Positions 23,043 through 32,686 of a stretch of DNA of 64,000 nt are shown here, one piece after another (within the stretch, counting starts at the first letter, position 1; each line of letters opens with the position of its first letter). The notes under the pieces are model-generated. The model saw only the letters and a list, made by a program, of their open reading frames with translations, ran no database searches and had not been told where the DNA came from. A program made the position numbers and the translations under genes. The DNA is from an uncultured Actinomycetota bacterium (GTDB lineage: Bacteria > Actinomycetota > Actinomycetes > JACCUZ01). Location: NCBI GenBank assembly GCA_963846525.1, contig CAWJWE010000008.1, positions 2,319-66,318 of the forward strand, read 5' to 3'.

Positions 23043-24371
23043 TCAGTGACCGCCGCTTCGACCCAGCGCGAGGCCGCGGGTCATCTGCTCGACCGTCCGG
23101 CCGCGCAGCGAGGCGTCCAGCACCTCGACGGTGTGAGCGAGCACGATCCGGCGGCCCTGCCGCTGGACGGCCGCCGCGACCTGCATCAGGCAGCCCGGGT
23201 TGGCGGTCACCATGACCTCCGCCCCGGTGGCCAGCACCGACCGGGCCTTCCGGTCGCCGAGCTCGCCGGCGGCCTGCGGGAACAGCAGGTTGTAGACACC
23301 TGCCGAGCCGCAGCAGATGTCCGGGTCGGCCACCTCGCGCAGCTCGAGCCCGGGGATGCCGCGCAGCAGGTCACGCGGCTGGGTCCGCACGCCCTGCGCG
23401 TGACCGAGGTGGCAGGCGTCGTGGTACGCGACGGTCACCGGCAGCGGATGCCGACCGGCCACCGGCCCGAGCTCGGCGAGCAGCTCGGACACGTCCCGCA
23501 CCGAGGCGGCGAACCGGGCGGCCCGATCGGCGTACGCCGGGTCGTCGCGCAGCAGCTCGGCGTACTCCTTCATCGACGACCCGCAGCCGGCGGCGTTGAC
23601 GACGACGTGCTCGACGCCGGCCGCCTCGAAGGTGTCCACCGTGCGGCGGGCGAAGGCCATCGCCTCGGCCTCGCGGCCGTTGTGCACGCTCAGCGCCCCG
23701 CAGCAGCCCTGGTCGCGCGGGATGACAACGTCGCAGCCCTCCATGGCCAGCACTCGCGCGGTGGCGGCGTTCACCCGAGGGAAGAACTCCCGCTGCACGC
23801 AGCCGGTGAGCATCCCGACCACCGCCCGGCGGGGACCGCGGGCGGCCACCCGCTCCGGCAGCCGCGGCGCGGGTCGCACCACGGGGGCCAGCGCCTCCAT
23901 CGCGGCCAGGCTCGGCGAGAGCCGGGTGAGGACACCACTTCCCTGGACCGCGCGCTGCAGCCCGGACCGCCGGTAGGCCGCGAGGGGGCCGCGCAGCAGC
24001 CGCAGCCGCCGCGGGTGCGGGAACAGCGCGAAGATCAGCCCCCGCAGCAGCTGGTCGGTGACCGGCCGTCGGTGCCGGCGCTCGACCTGGGCCCGGGTGG
24101 CCTCGATCAGCCGGTCGTACTGCACGCCGGACGGGCAGGCCGTCACGCAGGCCATGCAGCCGAGGCAGGCGTCGAAGTGCCCGACCATCGCCTCGGACAG
24201 CGGCTCGCCGTCCAGACCGGCCTGCATCAGGTAGATCCGCCCGCGCGGGCTGTCCATCTCCTCGCCCCAGAGCAGGTAGGTCGGGCAGGTGGGCAGGCAG
24301 AACCCGCAGTGCACGCAGTCGGCGGCCAGCTCGGCGGACGGCGGGCGGTGGTCGTCGAACGCTGTTGCCAT
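23043..24371 (-). CDS. glcF: glycolate oxidase iron-sulfur subunit GlcF
   Basis: Intact. Two 4Fe-4S motifs CVHCGFCLPTCP and CLGCMACVTACP, plus CCG repeats (CCGALS, CCGSAG). Confidence 0.9.
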   Translation of the reverse strand: MATAFDDHRPPSAELAADCVHCGFCLPTCPTYLLWGEEMDSPRGRIYLMQAGLDGEPLSEAMVGHFDACLGCMACVTACPSGVQYDRLIEATRAQVERRHRRPVTDQLLRGLIFALFPHPRRLRLLRGPLAAYRRSGLQRAVQGSGVLTRLSPSLAAMEALAPVVRPAPRLPERVAARGPRRAVVGMLTGCVQREFFPRVNAATARVLAMEGCDVVIPRDQGCCGALSVHNGREAEAMAFARRTVDTFEAAGVEHVVVNAAGCGSSMKEYAELLRDDPAYADRAARFAASVRDVSELLAELGPVAGRHPLPVTVAYHDACHLGHAQGVRTQPRDLLRGIPGLELREVADPDICCGSAGVYNLLFPQAAGELGDRKARSVLATGAEVMVTANPGCLMQVAAAVQRQGRRIVLAHTVEVLDASLRGRTVEQMTRGLALGRSGGH

Positions 24372-25619
24372 CTAAATGCCTCCGACGAAGCGACCGGGCG
24401 ACAGCCGGTGCGCCGGGTCGAGCTCGTGCTTGAGGCGGCGCATCACCTCGATGCCGGGCACCGGGCCCCACAGGTCGACCTGGTCGCGGACCTCGCCCGG
24501 AGTGGTGAGCACGGTGACCGTCCCGTGGTACGGCGATGCTGCCGCGCGCAGCCCCACGACGACCGCTGCGACCGTGGCCGGGTCGGTCGACGCGGGCAGC
24601 CCGGCGTAGAGGACACCGGCCGCCGAGCCGCGGACGCTGAGCGCGACGCCCTGGTGCTGCGCGATCAGCTGGGCGGCCGCGAGCACCGGTGCGACACCGG
24701 GCAGCGACGCCGTGACCTTCAGGCCGGTTCCGTCGGCGTCGAACGGCAGGTTCCCGAACCCGGGCGGTGGCTCGGCCTGCTCGGTCGCGTCGTCGCCGAG
24801 CAGGTCCAGCACCACCGCAGTGCGCCCCGCCACGCCGGCTTCGACGCCCTCGACCAGCACGGTGACCGCCACCGTCCCGTCGATCCGCGCGTCGAGCTCG
24901 ACGGCCGTGGGCACGACCTGCGAGCCGAGGACCGCCAGGGCCGCGCGCCCGGCCGAGGCGGCGTCGAGGCAGATCGTGGTGACCGCGCGGCGGGCGGCCG
25001 GCAACGGGTGCAGCCGGAACACCGCCTCGGTGATGACGCCGAGGGTGCCGAACGATCCGGTGAGCAGCTTGCCGAAGTCGTAGCCCGCGACGTTCTTCAC
25101 GACCTTGCCGCCGGCCTTGGCGACGACGCCGTCAGCCCGGACGAAGGTGATGCCGATCAGCAGGTCGCGCGCGGTGCCGTAGAGCAGCCGCCGCGGCCCG
25201 CTGGTGCCCACGGCCAGGATGCCGCCCACGGTCGCGCTGGGGAACGGTGTGTCCAGCGCGAGCTGCTGGCCGGCTGCGGCCACCACGGCCTGTAGCTCGC
25301 TGACCGGCGTGCCCGCGCGGACCGTGACGACCAGGTCGCCGGCGGCGTGCTCGACGACGCCGGTGATGCGAGTGGTGTCCAGCACGAGGTCGGCGCGGGT
25401 GGGCGGCGCTCCCCAGCCGAGCGCGCTGCCGGCGCCGCGGGGGACGACGGTCAGGTCGTGCCGCGCGGCCACCCGGAGCACCTCGGCGACCTCGTCGGTC
25501 GAGGCCGGCGCCGCGACGTGGCGGGGCCGGACCCCGGCGACGTCGTCCCGTGCTCCCCGGACGGCGCGGGTCCGGGCGGCCTTCTTCAGGTCGTCGCGCA
25601 CGAGGTCGGCCGCCGGCAC
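24372..25619 (-). CDS. glcE: glycolate oxidase FAD-binding subunit GlcE
   Basis: GTG 25619, 1 nt after the glcD stop. The longer track ORF start is a shadow over glcD. VVPRGAGSALGWG, VKNVAGYDFGKLLTGSFGTLGVITEAVFRLHP. Confidence 0.85.
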   Translation of the reverse strand: MPAADLVRDDLKKAARTRAVRGARDDVAGVRPRHVAAPASTDEVAEVLRVAARHDLTVVPRGAGSALGWGAPPTRADLVLDTTRITGVVEHAAGDLVVTVRAGTPVSELQAVVAAAGQQLALDTPFPSATVGGILAVGTSGPRRLLYGTARDLLIGITFVRADGVVAKAGGKVVKNVAGYDFGKLLTGSFGTLGVITEAVFRLHPLPAARRAVTTICLDAASAGRAALAVLGSQVVPTAVELDARIDGTVAVTVLVEGVEAGVAGRTAVVLDLLGDDATEQAEPPPGFGNLPFDADGTGLKVTASLPGVAPVLAAAQLIAQHQGVALSVRGSAAGVLYAGLPASTDPATVAAVVVGLRAAASPYHGTVTVLTTPGEVRDQVDLWGPVPGIEVMRRLKHELDPAHRLSPGRFVGGI

Positions 25620-25620
25620 C

Positions 25621-27087
25621 TCAGAACACCTCCGCCAGCCCGGCCTGCTGGAGCGGGTGCGGGCCTTTGTGCCGGCCGGGAACCTCGCCGCACAGCCGCG
25701 GCGTCGGGAACACCTTGCCGGGGTTGGACAGGTGGTGCGGGTCGAAGGCGCAGCGCAGCATCTGCATGGTGTCGAGGTCGTCGTCGGTGTACATCCTCGG
25801 CATGTACCTCGTCTTGTCGACGCCGACGCCGTGCTCGCCGGTGATCGAGCCGCCGTGCTCGATGCACAGGTCGAGGATCGCGCCGGAGACGTTCTCGGCC
25901 TCCTCCGCCTCGCCGGGCACGGCCTCGTCGAAGAGCACCAGCGGGTGCAGGTTGCCGTCGCCGGCATGGAACACGTTGGCGACCCGCACCCCGGAACCGG
26001 CCGAGAGCGCGGCGATGCGTCGCAGCACCTCGGGCAGCGCCGTCCGCGGGATGACGCCGTCCTGCACGATGTAGTCCGGGCTGATCCGCCCGACCGCGGC
26101 GAAGGCCGACCGGCGGCCCTTCCAGAACAGCGCCCGCTCGGCGTCGTCGACGGCGATCCTGATCTCGAACGCGCCGTTGTCGCGGCAGTGCCGCTCCACC
26201 TCGCCGAACTGTGCCTCGACCTCGGCGTGCGGGCCGTCCAGCTCGACGATGAGCACCGCGCCGGCGCCCGCCGGGTAGTTGCAGTGCACCGCTGCCTCAG
26301 CGGCCTCGATCGCCAGCGCGTCCATCATCTCGATCGCCGCCGGGACGACGCCGGCGCCGATCACGGCCGACACCGCACCGCCCGCCTCGTCGGTGGACGG
26401 GAAGGCCGCCAGCAGGGTGCGGACCGCCTCGGGGGAGCGCATCAGCCGGACGGTGACCTCGGTCGCGATGCCGAGGGTGCCCTCGGAGCCGACGAACGCG
26501 CCGATCAGGTCGTAGCCGGGCGGGTCCGGCGCCTGGCCGCCCAGCCGGACGACACTGCCGTCGGGCACGACCAGCTCGAGGCCGGTGACGTGGTGGGTGG
26601 TGAAGCCGTACTTCAGGCAGTGCGCGCCGCCGGAGTTCTCGGCGACGTTGCCGCCGATCGAGCACACCTGCTGGCTGGACGGGTCGGGCGCGTAGTAGTA
26701 GCCGTCCGGCTGCGCGGCCTTGGTGACGTCCAGGTTGATGACTCCGGGCTGCACGACGGCTCGCTGCGCCGAGATGTCGACGTCGAGGATGTCGCGCAGC
26801 TGCGAGGTCACCACGAGGACACCGTCGGCGTGCGGCAGCGCCCCTCCGGAGAGCCCGGTGCCCGAGCCGCGCGCGACGTAGGGCACGCCGGCGTCGATGC
26901 AGGCCCGCACCACGTCGGCCACCTGTGCGGTGCTGCGGGGCAGCACCACGATCGCCGGGGTGACCTTGTAGTGGGTCAGTCCGTCGCACTCGTAGGTGCG
27001 CAGCCTGGCCCGGTCGGTGATGACGGCGTCGTCGCCCAGCTCGGCGCGAAGGCGGCCGGCGAGCTCGTCGATGGTCTCCGCGGTCAT
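25621..27087 (-). CDS. glcD: glycolate oxidase subunit GlcD (FAD-linked oxidase)
   Basis: Intact, 488 aa. VARGSGTGLSGGA, IGGNVAENSGGAHCLKYG, GEHGVGVDK. Confidence 0.92.
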   Translation of the reverse strand: MTAETIDELAGRLRAELGDDAVITDRARLRTYECDGLTHYKVTPAIVVLPRSTAQVADVVRACIDAGVPYVARGSGTGLSGGALPHADGVLVVTSQLRDILDVDISAQRAVVQPGVINLDVTKAAQPDGYYYAPDPSSQQVCSIGGNVAENSGGAHCLKYGFTTHHVTGLELVVPDGSVVRLGGQAPDPPGYDLIGAFVGSEGTLGIATEVTVRLMRSPEAVRTLLAAFPSTDEAGGAVSAVIGAGVVPAAIEMMDALAIEAAEAAVHCNYPAGAGAVLIVELDGPHAEVEAQFGEVERHCRDNGAFEIRIAVDDAERALFWKGRRSAFAAVGRISPDYIVQDGVIPRTALPEVLRRIAALSAGSGVRVANVFHAGDGNLHPLVLFDEAVPGEAEEAENVSGAILDLCIEHGGSITGEHGVGVDKTRYMPRMYTDDDLDTMQMLRCAFDPHHLSNPGKVFPTPRLCGEVPGRHKGPHPLQQAGLAEVF

Positions 27088-27097
27088 GGCGTCGGCC

Positions 27098-28693
27098 CTA
27101 GGGCATCCGCTCGTAGGCCGGGATGGTGAGGAAGTCCTCGAAGTCCTCGGACAGCGCCATCTCGGTGAACAGTCCGCGCGCGTCCTCCCACCGTCCGTTC
27201 GCGAAGGCGTCGTCGCCTACTTTCGAGCGGATGGCTCCGACCTCCTCCTCGATCAGCCGCTCCACCAGCTCGCGGGTGACGACCTCGCCGTTGTCCAGCC
27301 GGATGTCATTGTGCAGCCACTGCCATACCTGTGACCGGGAGATCTCGGCGGTCGCGGCGTCCTCCATCATGTTGTTGATCCCGACGGCGCCCGAGCCGCG
27401 CAGCCAGGCCTCGAGGTACTGCACGCCGACGCTGATGTTCGACCGCAGCCCGCCCTCGGTGACCGCGCCGGGTGTGCTCTTCACGTCGAGCAGCTGCTCG
27501 GCGCTCACCTGCACGTCGTCCCGGGTCCGGTCGACCTGGTGGGGGCGGTTGCCGAGCACCGCGTCGAACACCTCGGTGCACAGCGGCACCATCGCCGGGT
27601 GGGCCACCCAGGACCCGTCGAAGCCGTCGCCGGCCTCACGGGTCTTGTCGTCGCGCACCTTCTCGAAGGCGGCCTTGTTGGTCTCCTCGTCCTTGCTCGG
27701 GATGAACGCTGCCATGCCGCCGATCGCGTGCGCGCCGCGTTTGTGGCAGGTGCGCACCAGCAGCTCGGTGTAGGCCCGCATGAACGGGACGGTCATCGTG
27801 ACCGCGTTGCGGTCCGGGAGCAGGAAGTCCTCGCCGCGGGTCCGGAACTTCTTGATGACCGAGAACATGTAGTCCCAGCGCCCGGCGTTCAGGCCGGCCG
27901 AGTGGTCGCGCAGCTCGTAGAGGATCTCCTCCATCTCGAAGGCGGCCGGGTAGGTCTCGATGAGCACGGTGGCCCGGATCGTGCCTTGCGGGATGCCCAG
28001 CGCGTCCTGCGCGTGGACGAAGACGTCGTTCCACAGCCGGGCCTCGAGGTGCGACTCCATCTTCGGCAGGTAGAAGTAGGGCCCGAGCCCGCCCGCGATC
28101 TGCTTCTGCGCGCAGTGGAAGAAGTAGAGGCCGAAGTCGGTGAGGCTGCCGGAGGTCCGCTCGCCGTCGACCAGGATGTGCTTCTCGGGCAGGTGCCAGC
28201 CGCGCGGCCGGACCACGATGGTGGCGACGTCCTCGTTCAGCGCGTAGGACTTGCCCTCCGGCGAGCTGAAGTCGATCCGCCGGTCGATCGCGTCCCGCAG
28301 GTTGAGCTGTCCCTCGACCAGGTTCTCCCACAGCGGGGTGTTGGCGTCCTCGAGGTCGGCCAGCCAGACCCGGGCACCGGAGTTGAGCGCGTTGATGGTC
28401 ATCTTGCGGTCGGTCGGCCCGGTGATCTCGGCCCGCCGGTCGACCAGCCCGGGAGCCGCCTCGGCGACCCGCCAGCCGTCGTCCTCGCGGACGTCCTTGG
28501 TCTCGCTGAGGAAGTCCAGCATCCCGCCGGCGGCCAGCTCGGCGTAGCGCTGGTCCCGCAGGGCGAGCAGCTCCCGGCGGCGCGCGTCGAAGCGGCGGTG
28601 CAGGTCGGCGAGGAACGCGAGCGCCTTGTCGGTCAGCACCTCGTCGTACCGGTCCTTCATCGGTCCGTCGATCTGGACCCTGCTGTCGGTCAT
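27098..28693 (-). CDS. aceB: malate synthase A
   Basis: Intact, 531 aa. [60 protein letters not shown]. Confidence 0.95.
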   Translation of the reverse strand: MTDSRVQIDGPMKDRYDEVLTDKALAFLADLHRRFDARRRELLALRDQRYAELAAGGMLDFLSETKDVREDDGWRVAEAAPGLVDRRAEITGPTDRKMTINALNSGARVWLADLEDANTPLWENLVEGQLNLRDAIDRRIDFSSPEGKSYALNEDVATIVVRPRGWHLPEKHILVDGERTSGSLTDFGLYFFHCAQKQIAGGLGPYFYLPKMESHLEARLWNDVFVHAQDALGIPQGTIRATVLIETYPAAFEMEEILYELRDHSAGLNAGRWDYMFSVIKKFRTRGEDFLLPDRNAVTMTVPFMRAYTELLVRTCHKRGAHAIGGMAAFIPSKDEETNKAAFEKVRDDKTREAGDGFDGSWVAHPAMVPLCTEVFDAVLGNRPHQVDRTRDDVQVSAEQLLDVKSTPGAVTEGGLRSNISVGVQYLEAWLRGSGAVGINNMMEDAATAEISRSQVWQWLHNDIRLDNGEVVTRELVERLIEEEVGAIRSKVGDDAFANGRWEDARGLFTEMALSEDFEDFLTIPAYERMP

Positions 28694-29892
28694 GCTGCTC
28701 CTTCCGGTTGCAGGCTCGACCCGGTGGGGAGGGCGTGGAACGCCCGGGCGGCGAGCTCGCTCAGCAACGGCCCGGCGCGAACCATGGCCTGCGCGACGTC
28801 GGGCTCGAGGTCGAGCAGCGCATGGCTGCCGACGATCCCGAGATCGAAGAGCCGGGCCCGGTCGGCGGCGTCCAGGTCGACCCGCCCGGCCAGCACCACG
28901 ACCGGCACCGCCGCGGCGCGGGCCCGGCGTGCGACGCCCACCGGCGCCTTGCCGGCCAGCGACTGGTGGTCGAAGGACCCCTCGCCGGTGACCACCAGGT
29001 CGGCGCCGGCCAGGGCCTGGTCGAAGCCGACGAGGTCGAGCAGCAGCTCGATGCCCGGAGTGAGGTGGGCACCGAGGAAGGCCACCGCACCCGCCCCGAC
29101 GCCCCCCGCCGCGCCCGCGCCCGGGATGCGCGCGACGTCGAGGCCGTGGTCGCGGTGCAGCAGCTGGGCCAGGCGGGCCAGCCCGGCGTCGAGCACGGTG
29201 ACGTCAGCGGCGGAGGCGCCCTTCTGCGGTGCGTAGACCGCGGCGGCCCCGGTCGGGCCGGTCAACGGGTTGTCGACGTCGCAGGCGACCACGACCTCCG
29301 TGCCGGCGAGCCGGGCGTCCAGGCGGGTGGTGTCGATCCGGGCCAGCCCGGTCAGCGCCGCGCCGCCGGCAGCCAGCGGACGGTCCTTCCCGTCCAGCAG
29401 GCGGACGCCGAGGGCCGCGGCCATCCCGGTGCCGCCGTCGGTGGTCGCGCTGCCGCCGATGCCGAGGACCAGCCGTTCGACGCCCTCGTCCAGCGCCGCG
29501 GCGATCAGCTCGCCGGTGCCGTAGGTGCCGGCGTTGCGCGGGTCCGTCGTCCCACCGGGCAGCAGCGTCAGCCCGGACGCCGCCGCGAGCTCCACCACCG
29601 CGGTGAGCGGCCCGGCTCCCTCGGGCGACAGGGCGAACGCCGCGCGGACCGGCGCGCCGGTCGGGCCGACCACCGTGCGTTCGCGGCGCCGCCAACCGGC
29701 GGCCAGCAGGATCTCCACAGTGCCCTCGCCGCCGTCGGCCACCGGGTGCCGGCGGACCTCGAGCGCGACCCCGGAGCTCGCGGCCGCGGAGCGCAGGCCG
29801 GTCTCGACCGCCGCCGCCACCTCGTGCGCAGGGAGGCTCCCCTTGAACGAGTCGGGGGCGACGACCACGGTCAGCCGCGACGCTGCGGTCAC
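28690..29892 (-). CDS. glxK: glycerate kinase
   Basis: Intact. [55 protein letters not shown]. The stop overlaps the aceB start (ATGA). Confidence 0.9.
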   Translation of the reverse strand: MTAASRLTVVVAPDSFKGSLPAHEVAAAVETGLRSAAASSGVALEVRRHPVADGGEGTVEILLAAGWRRRERTVVGPTGAPVRAAFALSPEGAGPLTAVVELAAASGLTLLPGGTTDPRNAGTYGTGELIAAALDEGVERLVLGIGGSATTDGGTGMAAALGVRLLDGKDRPLAAGGAALTGLARIDTTRLDARLAGTEVVVACDVDNPLTGPTGAAAVYAPQKGASAADVTVLDAGLARLAQLLHRDHGLDVARIPGAGAAGGVGAGAVAFLGAHLTPGIELLLDLVGFDQALAGADLVVTGEGSFDHQSLAGKAPVGVARRARAAAVPVVVLAGRVDLDAADRARLFDLGIVGSHALLDLEPDVAQAMVRAGPLLSELAARAFHALPTGSSLQPEGAA

Positions 29893-30039
29893 ACCCGTCC
29901 TCCCGCATGTGGAGGTCTCTCCTGCTGCGCGACCCTAGGGAGCAGGTCGTTGCCCGGTCAAGGTCGGTTGATCCGCGTTTGCGTTGGCGCCCCAGGGGTC
30001 GAGGAAGGGGCGTACGGTGACCCGGTGACCAGTGCCTCG

Positions 30040-30974
30040 ATGGTCGACCATATCGGCGGTTTCTCGCACGAGGCATTTCTCTACGCCTCGCTGCCCGAGT
30101 TCCTCGACGAGGTCTGCGGCTTCCTCCGGGAGGGCATCGAGCGCGACGAGGCGGTGCTGGTCGCCACCGTAGGTGAGCGGCTCGCCGCCCTGCGGAAGCT
30201 GTTCGACGGGGAGCCCGACGTGCAGATCGTCGACATGGTCGAGGTGGGGGCCAACCCGGCCCGGATCATCCCGGTGTGGCGCGACTTCCTGGCGAGGAAC
30301 GTCGCCGCCGGGCGCGCGGTCCGCGGGCTCGGCGAGCCGATCTGGGCCGGTCGCAGCGAGGCCGAGCTGGCCGAGTGCCACCAGCACGAGTCGCTTCTCA
30401 ACCTGGCGTTCGCGGGCGGCCCGGCCTGGCGGCTGCTCTGCCCGTACGACGTCACCGCGCTGCCGGGCGAGGTCGTCGAGGAGGCGCGGGCCAACCACCC
30501 GCTGGTCCTGGACGCCGGGACCTGGTCGTCCAGCGACCGCTTCCGGGCGGAGCGGCCGCACCGGGCGCTGCGGCACCGGCCGCTGCCGCCGCCGAGCGAG
30601 CCGCCGGTCGAGCTGGCCTTCGGCTCCGGCGAGCTGGCCGCGGTCCGCCGGCTGGTCGAGAGCGCCTGTGCCGCGCACGATGTGCCGTCCGCCGCGGCCC
30701 AGGACCTGGTGCTGTGCGTCGACGAGATCGCGGCGAACAGCCTGATGCACGGCGGCGGGGCCGGGGTGCTGCGGATCTGGCGCGAGCCCGCGACGCTGGT
30801 CTGCGAGGTGTCCGATTCGGGCAACATCGCCGACCCGCTGATCGGCCGCGAGAGCCCCTCGGTGGACCGGACGGGTGGCCGCGGGGTGTGGCTGGCCAAC
30901 CAGCTCTGCGACCTGGTGCAGATCCGGTCCGGCGCAGCGGGACGGTCGTCCGGCTGCACGCCCGCCTCGCCTGA
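30040..30974 (+). pseudogene. MEDS domain + HATPase_c regulatory protein (RsbA-type anti-sigma regulatory factor); 1 frameshift near ~30935
   Basis: N-terminus FSHEAFLYASLPEFLDEVCGFLREGIERDEAVLVA (MEDS-like). C-terminus VDEIAANSLMHGGG, VSDSG, GGRGVWLANQLCDLVQIRS. The expected end GTVVRLHARLA* lies in the frame of ORF 30276..30974. Confidence 0.75.
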
Positions 30975-31026
30975 GCCGGCTGGTTCGAGCGTCGTTGCCC
31001 GCGAGGCGTGAGTGTGCGCGTGGGAC

Positions 31027-31183
31027 TCAGCGCCGTCGCCGGTACGTCCACCACTGGCCGGTGCCGCAGGACGGGCACGGCGGCAGGCGCTGGGTCGAGG
31101 TCACCTGGAGCTCGTAGTCACAGCTGGGGCAATGGTAGGTGCCGGACGAGACGTCACTGCCGGCGGCGGACGGGGTCGGCCAT
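31027..31183 (-). pseudogene. small zinc-ribbon protein (~52 aa); 1 frameshift near the 5' end
   Basis: AGGAG RBS and ATG 31183 (MADPV). After a 1-nt shift it reads SAAGSDVSSGTYHCPSCDYELQVTSTQRLPPCPSCGTGQWWTYRRRR*, with two CxxC pairs. Not in the ORF track because of the shift. Confidence 0.4.
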
Positions 31184-31295
31184 CTGGTGCTCCTGCGTCG
31201 GGGCGAGCGGGCGGTATCCTCGGCCAGCGCGCCGTAACGTCTTCGATCATGCTCGCAGGCATGCCGGGTTCCTGACAGCCGGTGCGGGGCGGTGC

Positions 31296-32209
31296 ATGTT
31301 CGACTCCCACCGAGGGAAGGGGACGGCCGGAGTGGAGTTCCTCGCGCCGAGCACGTGGGCCGACGCGCTGGCCGCGCGCAGCGAGCACCCCGGCGCGGTG
31401 CCGATCGCGGGTGGCACCGACGTGATGGTCGAGCTCAACTTCGACCGGCACCGGCCGGACGTCCTGATCGACCTCACCCGGGTCCCCGAGCTGGGCGAGT
31501 GGTCCCGCAGCGACGACGGCGGGATCCGGCTCGGCGCCGGCGTGACCTTCGCCCGGGTGATGACCGAGCTGGCCGAGCACGGCTCCCGGGCTGGCGATGG
31601 CGTCCCGGACCGTCGGCTCGCCGCAGATCCGGGTGCGCGGCACGGTCGGCGGCAACCTGGGCTCGGCCTCCCCGGCCGGCGACGCGCACCCGGTGCTGCT
31701 CGCGATCGACGCCGTCGTCGAGGTCGAGTCGGTGCGCGGGGTCGCGGCAGGTCCCGGTCGCGGACTTCTTCACCGGCGTGAAGAAGAGCGCGCTGGAGCC
31801 GGACGAGCTGATCTCTGCGGTGCTGCTGCCGCCGCTGGCCGGCCCCCAGCAGTTCGCCAAGATCGGCACCCGCAACGCGATGGTGATCGCCGTGACGTCG
31901 TTCGGGCTCGCGCTGCATCCCGAGCGGCAGGCGGTCGGCGCGGCGATCGGCTCGGCCGCCCCGACGCCGCGGCACGCGCGGACTGCCGAGCTGTTCCTCG
32001 CGGCGGCGCTGGCCGAGGACGGGCTGTGGGAGTCGCGGGCCGAGGTCCCCGACGCCGTCGCGACGCGGTTCGGCGACCTGGTCGCGGCTGACGCGTCACC
32101 GATCGACGACGTGCGCGGCACCGCGGCGTACCGGCGGCACGCCCTCTCGGTGCTGGCCCGGCGCACGCTGGGCTGGGCCTGGCAGGACTACCGGCGAGAG
32201 GCGGCCTGA
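31296..32209 (+). pseudogene. xanthine dehydrogenase family FAD-binding subunit; 2 frameshifts
   Basis: Spliced from the frames of ORFs 31008..31781 (PIAGGTDVMVELNF), 31597..32091 (MASRTVGSPQIRVRGTVGGNLGSASPAGD) and 31292..32209 (FAKIGTRNAMVIAV, DDVRGTAAYRRH). Confidence 0.85.
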
Positions 32210-32211
32210 GG

Positions 32212-32686
32212 ATGCGGGTCGAGCTCACGGTGAACGGCGAGCGCCGGCAGGCGGACGACGTGTGGGAGGGCGAGAGCCTGCTCTACCTGCTGCGTGAACG
32301 GCTCGGGCTGCCGGGCTCGAAGAACGCCTGCGAGCAGGGCGAGTGCGGGTCGTGCTCGGTCTACCTCGACGGCGAGGTCGTGTGCGCCTGCCTGGTGGCG
32401 GCCGGCCAGGCCGAGGGCCGCGACGTCGTCACGGTCGAGGGGCTCGCCGACGACGACGCGGCCGGGCTGCACCCGGTGCAGACCGCGTTCCTGGAGACCG
32501 GGGCCGTGCAGTGCGGCTTCTGCACGCCCGGGCCTGGTGGTCGCGGTGCACGACCTGCTGCAGCGGGTGCCGGCCCCGGACGACGACACGGTGCGCGAGG
32601 CGCTCGCCGGGAACCTGTGCCGCTGCACCGGCTACGAGAAGATCCTCGACGCCGTGCGGCTGGCGGCCGACCGGATGCGGGCGTGA
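32212..32686 (+). pseudogene. xanthine dehydrogenase family (2Fe-2S)-binding subunit; 1 frameshift near ~32530
   Basis: CEQGECGSCSV and QCGFCTPG, then in ORF 32294..32686 GNLCRCTGYEKI. Confidence 0.9.

Noticed and set aside
23046-25295. Long antisense or alternative-frame ORFs, for example 23046..25295 +, 28708..31011 + (5' part), 36344..39724 -, 39282..41531 -, 19799..21628 -, 52668..55052 - (5' part) and 54223..55593 -
   Set aside because: Their Arg/Pro/Gly/Ala-rich low-complexity translations lie opposite or out of frame to genes with clear family motifs. They are typical shadow ORFs of high-GC genomes.
31184-31295. Purine riboswitch upstream of the XDH operon
   Set aside because: No match to the compact, AU-rich three-way-junction purine aptamer. 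The region is GC-rich with no obvious P1/P2/P3 arrangement.
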